Assembly (NCBI GenBank): GCA_964016885.1
Contig: OZ024750.1
Location: 22,010,001-22,074,000 of the forward strand
DNA length: 64,000 nucleotides
DNA from: Eledone cirrhosa
Lineage: Eukaryota
Direction of reading: 5' to 3'
Below are positions 54,751 through 64,000 of this stretch, piece after piece. The translations under genes and the position numbers were made by a program. Each line of letters begins with the position of its first letter. Positions within the stretch are counted from its first letter, which is position 1. A model generated the notes under the pieces. The model saw only the letters and a list, made by a program, of their open reading frames with translations, ran no database searches and was not told where the DNA came from.

Positions 54751-54824
<74 letters not shown>

Positions 54825-55595
54825 ATACATAAACAGAGAAAGCTTTAAGCGATACTCTGAGCAACTCCATCTCACTCAACAAACATTAGGATATACTTAA
54901 GTATTATCCTAATTTAGTGTTTGGGGTGCTAACTAATCAGTATTTCGTGGATAGCTGGTTGTATTATTTTATATGAGACATTATTAAATAAATATCTCAT
55001 TTCTTCCAGACGGCCGTTTCGTTATAAGATTTCTACAATTTGGGATAAATAATTTCCAGGTTATGTAGAAACTTGTATATAATCCATAGTTTTATACACA
55101 AGTGGGCTCTTATAAACTCATCAGTGGATGCCCAATTAATAACGATATAAGAATTATATCGACATTAACAGAATGGTGATGGTCTCCCTCAGCGCTAAGA
55201 AGAGACTGGTAGATTAAAATCCAGCAGTTCTCCCAAATAAAAAATACACGCTGCCCCCAAAAGGGTAAAGGGGGGTCATCTTAAAATAAAACAATATACA
55301 CGCTGGTCAATTAAACCTGTTAGGTATTAACCACGTGTATAAGAACTCAATTGGAAATTTAAAAGAATAATCACATACATACACAACCAACGCACATACA
55401 GAGATAGTAAAACATAATAAATACATGTATGGATCACTCATATATACACATAGCTATTCTCTAAGGCTAAATCAGACATGGGGGTCGATAAAATAAAGTA
55501 CCAGTAATGTACTGGGTAATTGCTGGCCTTGTGCCAAAAGTAGAAACAATTATTATTTCTGGCAATATTATAACAATATGACCCTCCCCAAATAT

Positions 55596-55997
<402 letters not shown>

Positions 55998-56160
55998 GCA
56001 AAAGTTCTATTTAAATTGTTGGGATACAACAAGCAAATATTTTTATAACTGATATAAAGCACTCGACAAGTATTTGGAGTAGATATACGATATTAACAAA
56101 AGTAACGGTCGCATTTTGAAAGGGTACGTCAATGTTTATTTATAAAACTGGTATATATTG

Positions 56161-56225
56161 TATTTTGTCTGATGAAGGCATACCATAATTTAACTTGGTA
56201 TCCTTGAAATATGTATAATGAAATA
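56161..56225 (+). ncRNA. type I hammerhead-like motif
   Basis: Stem I tattttgt/atgaaata, CTGATGA, stem II agg(c)atacca/tggtatcct, GAAA, and a minimal stem III ending in AUA. Confidence 0.45.
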
Positions 56226-56555
56226 AATATGGTTTTATAAATATAGTTTCCATTTGTTAATATCGTATATTATATATATGTAGTATATATTATAAATATT
56301 TATATATATATATATATAATCATTAAAATGAATACGCATATGATAATGAAATATGGGGGGCCCTGGACTATGAGACCCTGTGTTGCAACCTACTTAGCCC
56401 AAATGTAAATCCTGCAGTGTATGATGTGATCATATCTTTTCAAATTGATCGAGATAGTTGTAATAACTCTTTCATGTGAGATAACTTTTGTAATACTAAT
56501 GAAAATTATGAACTTAGTTTCCTCCCTTTGTGGTAAGCATTATTTAGCATCATCG

Positions 56556-56950
56556 GGCGGTGAATTGGCAGTATCGGTAGAGGGTCGGACGCCATGCTTT
56601 GACGTATAGAGTTACGGCCCTTGCCATTCTGAGTTCAAATCCCGCCGAGGTTAACTTTGCCTTTCATCCTTACGGGGTCGATAAAATAAAGTACCAGTAA
56701 TTTACTGGGTAATTGCTGGCCTTGTGCCAAAAGTAGAAACAATTATTTAGCGATAAGGGCGGTGGATTGGCAGTATCGGTAGAGAATCGGACGCCATACT
56801 TTACAACATAGAGTTACGTCCCTTTACGGCATAAGTTCCAATTCCGTCGAGGTTAACTTTGCCTTTCATCCTTATGGGGTCGATAAAATAAAGTACCAGT
56901 AGCATACTGGAATAATTGCTGGCCTTGTGCCAAACGTAGAAGCAATTATT
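56556..56950 (+). mobile_element. two tandem full-length tRNA-derived SINEs (Meta-domain-like core)
   Basis: A box tggcagtatcgg, B box gagttcaaatcc, core gcctttcatccttacggggtcgataaaataaagtaccag. attatttagc is repeated at all three junctions. Confidence 0.85.
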
Positions 56951-57941
56951 TAGCGATAAGTTTCCACGTTAAACCGTAAAGTTTACAGCTTTAGGGGGGA
57001 CCTCCGTCAACCCTAATGTGTAAGCAGCTGAGTATTTTCAGATTTCCACGAAAAAATTCTGGGTTTCTGCGAGAATAGGGGTTCTTTAATCAAATTTAAT
57101 ATTTAAAAAATCCTCTTTTTTAGATTTATATGAATAAATTCTCTCCCTAAAACAATAATGTTTCAGTTATGTCTTATTAAAACCAAGGTGGTGGTAGCGA
57201 TGGTAGCAGTAGTGGTGGTGGTGGTGGTAGTGGTCATGATAGTGGAGATAGTAGTGGTGCTGGTGGTAGTAGTGGTTGTGGTCTCCATTCTGTCCGCCGG
57301 GGCTGTAGTGAGGCCAGCACGTGGGACACCATTTGCTCACCATACGGAGAGATGAGGAGGGCGAGTGAGATGGAGGCGATGGCAGTGGGAGTTCGGCTCT
57401 TCCAAGTTCGGACCATATCCCTGTGGTTGTGTTCATTAATCAGAAAAATGTCGTCTTTTCAAATGTTCTAATTTGCATAACACAGAGAACGTATCAACAC
57501 CCTGTGATTCATTTACCAGAGATATCCATTGGTTATACCCATTTAAATCAACCCTACTCCCACCACTGCTACTACCACTACTACCACTTCCACCACAGCC
57601 ACTACTACCACCAGCATCATTACTATCTCCACTATCATTACCAAACCAGGGTGGTGATGATTGTCTTTAAACGCTAAAAGGAAATAATTACCAGTAACTA
57701 TACAGTCAATGAAAGCTCTACTTCACTTTTAGACGAAAGGCAAGGACTCGAAACGTTACATTCATCATCCCTCACAATTTAACTAATATGACCTCTTCTA
57801 TGAACTCTTCTATTGAATTCCAATGAATTCTACCAACCTCAAAGATCATAACCAGTTACCTTGTTTCAGACAATTCCCCCCAATACAACGAATTACATTA
57901 ATGTATGCCTGATGTTTAATAACTTCTTAATATTGTTCCAG

Positions 57942-58089
57942 ATTGTTCTGATGCATTTAAGAAAGACCACAAGAAACCTGGAGTCTATTTAATCCACCCA
58001 GTTGGTTCACCTTACAAAGTTCACTTACTTTGTATCGATGGATGGACTGTTATACAAAGACGGTTTGATGGATCCGAAGATTTCCACAG
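57942..58089 (+). CDS. first exon of a fibrinogen C-terminal (FReD/FBG) domain; gene continues beyond the window
   Basis: Acceptor ttgttccag, phase 1. Encodes (D)CSDAFKKDHKKPGVYLIHPVGSPYKVHLLCIDGWTVIQRRFDGSEDFHR, then donor AG|GTAATA. DCxD, GVYxI, C..GWTVIQRRxDGSxDF are canonical FReD motifs. Confidence 0.92.
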
Positions 58090-58109
58090 GTAATATTTGT
58101 CATCGGTTA

Positions 58110-58370
58110 TTCTTTTCTTTTCTTTTTTTCTTTTTCTTTTTCTTTTTCTTTTTCTTTTTCTTTTTCTTTTTTTTTTTCTTTTTCTTTTTCTTGAAAGTCC
58201 CACATAAAGCGTGAAGCCACTGGGTGTAAGGGACAATGAAGAAGGTGAAGAAATTAAGACGAAAGGATTAGATTTATTTTAGACTTGAAAGAGTTCAGGT
58301 CATGAGAAAGAGAAAACAATGAGATGGAAGAGAGTTCCAAAGTCTGGCAGTCCGAAGAAAAAGCTACAAC
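58110..58370 (-). mobile_element. CR1/L2-type LINE 3' end with A-rich tail
   Basis: Minus strand FLRTARLWNSLPS resembles the CR1 terminal motif. The tail is (AAAAAG)n. Confidence 0.55.
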
Positions 58371-58384
58371 CGTAGAAAGACTTA

Positions 58385-58609
58385 TATTCTTTTACTCGTT
58401 TCAGTCGTTAGGTAACGGTCATACTGGGGCACCGTCTAGAAAGGTATTTTAGTCGATCACATCGACCCAAATACTATTCTTGCTTGGTACATATTCTATC
58501 GATCTGTATTTGTCGAACAGTTAGATAACGGGCCATAAATAAACAGCATAAACACAATATATATACACACATACACACGTATATACACATACACAAACAC
58601 ACACTCACA

Positions 58610-58659
<50 letters not shown>

Positions 58660-58686
58660 CGCACACGCACACACTCATATATATAT

Positions 58687-58732
<46 letters not shown>

Positions 58733-58890
58733 TATACACACATACAACAGGCTTTTGGACAGTTTCCGTCTATAAAATATCTGACAAGTCATTAGTAGAA
58801 GAAACTTGCTCAAGATGTCACGCAGTGGGACTGAACCCAAAACCACGTGGTTGTGAAGCGAGCTTCTTAACCACCAGGCTATGCCTGCGC
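58385..58890 (-). mobile_element. tRNA-derived SINE with internal CA/TA microsatellite
   Basis: Minus-strand head tggtggttaagaagctcgcttc..gggttcagtccc, CORE-like cttgagcaagt. Related copies at 34320-34480, 36730-37060 and 38690-38885. Confidence 0.65.
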
Positions 58891-59142
58891 ATATACTTCG
58901 TTACTTTTTACTCTTTTGTCAGGACAGGAAGTCAAAGCTCATGACACTTTTCATGACTTCCGGGGTCACTGAGAGGGAGGGAGGGAGGAAAATATACGTA
59001 AACGCCCAAAGATGCTAAATGGTAAAACAAGATGAACGAAAAACTATATATAACAACAGAATGAATTTCTTTGCGTTATTTCAGTTCCATCACTGAAACC
59101 TTGGGAGTGATAAAAGAAATCCACAATATGTGAATAATAATG

Positions 59143-59358
59143 GTTTCTTATATAGGCACAAGGCCAGCAATTTTGGGAGGGAAAAGTCGATGAAATTGAC
59201 CCCAGTGCGTGACTGGTACTTTATTTTACCGACCCCGTAAGGATGAAAGGCAAAGTTAACCTCAGCGGGATTTGAACTGAGAACATAAAGGGCTGTAACT
59301 CACTGCTGCAAATCATGGCGTCCGACCCTCTATCGATACTACCAATCCATCGCCCTTA
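59143..59358 (-). mobile_element. tRNA-derived SINE with TSD
   Basis: Same family as 56556. Flanked by the direct repeat tatgtgaataataat. Confidence 0.75.
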
Positions 59359-60260
59359 TATTATGTGAATAATAATAGTATTGAAATAAACATATGGAGA
59401 ATATATTGTAGGCTGTTTAGATAACGGTCGCTCTCTTTTAGATTTATCGTTGAATCCTTGGCGATAGAAACATCTGGCTTCTTGTATGCCTCAAACTATC
59501 TCTCTACTTACTGCGATCGGGACAGAGATAGCCATTCTTAAGAATAAGCCCCTTGAATTTGACTGTCTTGTTGTTGAGCATTATAGCGGTAGAAATATCT
59601 GGCGACTTGGGTCACTGAACTTCTTTCTACTTACTGGGAAAGTGATGGCCAGGCCATCTATAGGAATGAGTCGCGTGAATTGAACTGGCTCTTTCAGCAC
59701 GTCACTCTCGCTATTGACATTTCTGTCTGCCGAGACCACGATACAACATCTATCTGATGTTTTGCAAAGAACGTAAGGTGATAATGTAGGAGTGACTTTT
59801 TAAACGAATCTCCTTCATTATCCCTCGGGGATAATGCTTTGACAGTTCAGTCCACTGGGGCCAGGAGACAATATCTATCTCATGTTTTACAAAGGACATG
59901 AGCTAGTAATTTTATCAATTAATGGTGGGGGTGGAGGTAACTCAGTTTGTTTATGTTTTTAGATATTAGTCGGCAATATATTCATCATATACCACCACTC
60001 CCACCACCAACATCATCAATCTCATTTAACGTACGTTTTCTCTGCTATCAAAGGTTGGATGGATCGTCACAGACCAAATGAGTACTTAGTCGGAACGAGT
60101 GACCTCTCAGACCTTTCAGATGGTTGCAACTTACTTACATGTGATCTCGTGCTCTACAGAGTGTGCTGGGTTTGTTTTGTCGTGGCACCACCAGTACTAA
60201 GAAAGGTGTCAAGTTTTTGACACAACAGTAAAGTCCTTTTGACTCTTTGTTTCGGCAAGA

Positions 60261-60297
<37 letters not shown>

Positions 60298-60762
60298 CCA
60301 TCATGGTGGATCTAGGTGGATTCGACTGTCATGATCATGGACACAGTGTAGTGACAATCGAACCACTAACTCCCTGGTTGGTTGCCTAGTCTTCTATCCA
60401 CTCAACCATCAATTATAGCAACTGATCAAACAAGGTTGTTTTGAGTACACAATGCTGATGAAGTTTAAAGGACCGAAATATGTCCATAAATATCCTTGGC
60501 CTACAAAGACCAGGCTTTCCATCAAACATGTAAATAATCTTATTTTTTATGACAGTAGTGTATTTCTTAAAGGAATTTGGCTGCTATTCCCAGCAGGTCA
60601 AGTGTATCTACATAGTGGCTCTCTCGTTGGCTCACATATACATACATAAAACTGTAATTGAAGAGATCAACAAGGCAACATCCTGTCCACATCTAGCTGG
60701 TTGATGAAGGTTTTTGTTGGATGATTTGCCCAAGTATATCTTTAACGTTGTGTCTATAAGAG

Positions 60763-61500
60763 TATATCACTCATGAGTCTTTGCTTAGCTCTCTGTCAAT
60801 GCCCTGTAAAACATATGTATATCTATGTTATGGTGTCCAAAAGAATATATCACTCATGAGTCCTTGCTTAGCTCTCTGTCAATGTCCTGTAATACATGTG
60901 TATATATATGTCATGGTGTCCAAAGGAATATATCACTCACGAGTCCTTGCTTAGCTCTCTGTCAATGCCCTGTAAAACATATGTATATCTATGTTATGGT
61001 GTCCAAAAGAATATATCACTCACGAGTTCTTACTTAGCTCTCTGTCAATGTCCTGTAATACATATGTATATATATGTCATGGTGTCCAAAGGAATATATC
61101 ACTCACGAGTCCTTGCTTAGCTCTCTGTCAATGCCCTGTAAAACATATGTATATCTATGTTATGGTGTCCAAAAGAATATATCACTCACGAGTTCTTACT
61201 TAGCTCTCTGTCAATGTCCTGTAATACATATGTATATATATGTCATGGTGTCCAAAAGAATATATCACTCATGAGTCCTTGCTTAGCTCTCTGTCAATGC
61301 CCTGTAAAACATATGTATATCTATGTTATGGTGTCCAAAGGAATATATCGCTCACGAGTCCTTGCTTAGCTCTCTGTCAATGCCCTGTAATACATATGTA
61401 TATATATGTCATGGTGTCCAAAGGAATATATCGCTCACGAGTTCTTACTTAGCTTTCCATCAATGTTTTACAAAACAGATGTATATCCATGTCATGATGT
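60763..61500. repeat. 83-bp minisatellite, about 9 copies, with 166-bp dimer structure
   Basis: Alternating variants gccctgtaaaac..atctatgtta and gtcctgtaatac..atatatgtca. Confidence 0.9.
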
Positions 61501-63046
61501 CAATAAGGGGGTGGCGAATTGGCGGAACATCGTATAGAGAGCTCTACGGTATTCATTCCAGCTTTCTGTACTTTGAGCTCAAATCCCGCCGAGGTCAACT
61601 TTGTCTTTCATCCTTTCAAGGTCGATAAAACGAGTATCAGTCTTGTTCTGGGGTCGATTATTCCTCTGTATTTCTTTCTCTCTCCCTCTCACCCCCCCCC
61701 CTCTCTCACCCATCTCTCTCTCTCTCGTTTCTTCTCTATCACTCTCTCTCACCTCTATTCATCTCTAGAAGAAACCGGCAGTGTTCAAAGCAGGAGAGAA
61801 GATAGGTCCCGTCAATTTTTTTTTTATACCCTAGAAACGCCGTATGTCACTACAATGCCCCTTACGACACCACGAGAAGTTATGGGTTGATACACATATT
61901 GTCTAAAATCGTCAGCAATGTCCTGAAAGACACGTGTGTCTTTCTCTCATGACAACAGTAATCACACACAAAAAAAAAAAAAAGATTGCCGTACAATGTT
62001 TGTTTGGTCGGACGTTTTTTTCACGAGATATTTAGAATGACCTTTAACATGTAGGTTTAAATGCTATCAAGACTTCCCTCCTGGTGATTCGCGAGTGTCC
62101 AAACAGGGAACCAGTAAAGTAGCACTGATTCCACAATTATAGGCTATATTTTAACATCTTTAATCTTAATGTCCTGTACCGCACGTAATCACATTAGCAA
62201 GACATTCTTGAAGAATACAAAACAGTATTATGATCACATTAAAACATAAAGTCTTTACATTAATACTGTAAATTTTCACAAAGATCTATCCACTATTAAA
62301 GAAAGATACTACAAACATTTGAAATAACAAACTGACTTTTAGATATTTTCTGTTAAATCATTGCAGGAAGTTAAGAGTTAATATCACTAATGCTATCGAT
62401 GTTAATACAACTGATATCAATAATGTTTTGTAATTTTGGCACAAGGCCAGCAATTGTACGAGGGAGGCTTTTAATGGGGTCACTATTTTAAAAGAGAAGA
62501 TATGTAGGTATTCAGAATAGTGTAATGATGGATACATTATACCTTGTAACGTAGACAGAATGATCCCCGCCTGGAATGTCTTTGATCATAGATCTGATCA
62601 ACCATCACTGACCTGTGACTAACCAACAGCAATACCATGCAAACCAACGTGGAAGCCTCTATGGGTCTTGGTGCACCATATAGCAGTTAAATTTCCTCAA
62701 ACTACACCATATCGCCTTAAATATGGAAACACGTTCGATTATGTTGTCCTAGGTATCTATAAAAAAATTGGTTAGTTATGGTTGGAATGTCTGATTATAA
62801 ATCGTCTTTCTTCTCGAACAGATTGGGTGAAGGGCTAAACAACAACAACAACACTAATGTTTGTACTAACTCGCCCCCGCCCCACCCCTCTCCACACACA
62901 CACTCCACATATGGCATTGCTTTGTGGTTTTCGTTCTGAGTTTCTGCGCTTTGAGTTTAAAACCCACTGAGGTCAACTTTGCCTTTTATCCTTTCGGGGT
63001 TCGATTTCCCCTCTATATGTCTCTCTCTCACTCTCTCTCACTCTCT

Positions 63047-63116
<70 letters not shown>

Positions 63117-63479
63117 CTCTCTCTCTCTTTCTTTCTCCCTCTCTCTTTCCTTCATTTGGAGAAATCGACTGTGTTTAGACCTGGAGAGGAGATAGGTTCC
63201 GCCAGATTTAAGACATCCAAGACATGTTGTATGTTACTAAGGCACCCCTGCGAGTTCATCAGGAGTTACGGGTCCTTATATACAAAAGGATAGCCAGCAA
63301 TTACCGAATACTTCATTTTTAGATTCATTCTATCATATTCTATGAGATAAGATCTATCAAAACACCACCACCCTATCTTTAACAGGAGTTCAAATTCGTA
63401 GGTTAAAAACGTATTTTTTATATTAGACTGTATGCAAGTGGTTTGTAAGAGGTCGTATATATAATAGTCCATTATAGTA

Positions 63480-63680
63480 CTGCGTGAGGGATTCGCTCTC
63501 GGCCTTCACCTATTGTCATGCCGTCATAGTGCCGGTTGCTACCTACTCTATGACGCTCCCAATGAGACCATTAAGCGTGGGTGGCGACCGGCCATATTCA
63601 CTGGTATCGGGATGTGAGCTCTACGCGTAGGAATGGGATTCTGAAACTCTGTCCGGGCTTATATCATTGGAATAGAGATG
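63480..63680 (+). mobile_element. very decayed CRE-clade fragment
   Basis: LHLLSCRHSAGC..NETIKR aligns with LHGLSCRLNAGR..LNLIIKQ at 3810-3880. Confidence 0.45.
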
Positions 63681-63704
63681 CTATATGTTGCTGATATCTA
63701 CATC

Positions 63705-63771
<67 letters not shown>

Positions 63772-63917
63772 AGGATACTGATCTGTCAGCGGTGAACCCA
63801 ATGTTCATTTAGCTTCAACGAGGAAGGGTCTGTCCTAGATGGTGGGTGTTTTCTTTAAATATAGTCTAGAATGTGTGTGTATGTGTGTGTATTCCATCCC
63901 CATGTATAATATATTAC

Positions 63918-63962
<45 letters not shown>

Positions 63963-64000
63963 TTTGCCGGCTGTATTTCACATTTCCTCCTTTAAACGTT

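Noticed and set aside
55010-55068. Possible exon after ttcttccag (DGRFVIRFLQFGINNFQVM-stop)
   Set aside because: No recognisable motif. As a cassette ending at 55059 it would break the frame into the FReD exon. There is no supporting evidence.
56556-56650. A/B boxes as a tRNA gene
   Set aside because: No cloverleaf; the sequence continues into a multi-copy SINE core and tail.
57722-57765. tagacgaaagg..ctcgaaacgttac as a hammerhead
   Set aside because: The CTGANGA box is corrupted and the stems are unconvincing; at most a decayed remnant.
58002-58236. Track ORFs over the FReD exon, including the poly-Phe and Lys/Arg ORFs
   Set aside because: Wrong frame or strand; the low-complexity parts are a LINE A-rich tail.

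Overview
This is AT-rich, microsatellite-dense animal genomic DNA. The SINE/LINE repertoire resembles octopod cephalopods (inference from memory, not a search). Left to right: (1) the 5' coding exon of a minus-strand gene, weakly CEP290-like; (2) a complete 20-exon RBM28/Nop4 gene (5875-33182), with a young 5'-truncated RTE-type LINE in intron 9; (3) three large, mutually divergent exons (37734-38244, 42121-42673, 45788-47789). Each of these three encodes a signal peptide, a low-complexity tract and a coiled coil, and ends at a phase-1 AAG|GT donor. No fibrinogen exon was seen between them, but a single phase-1 fibrinogen-domain (FReD) exon lies downstream at 57942-58089 and is missed by the ORF track. 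This suggests a protocadherin/UGT1-style variable-first-exon plus constant-domain fibrinogen-related gene; this is the main finding and needs transcript evidence. The window also holds several Penelope-type hammerhead ribozyme motifs, CRE-clade retroelement fragments, hAT MITEs with TSDs, tRNA-derived SINEs and minisatellites. Most short ORFs in the track are microsatellite artefacts.
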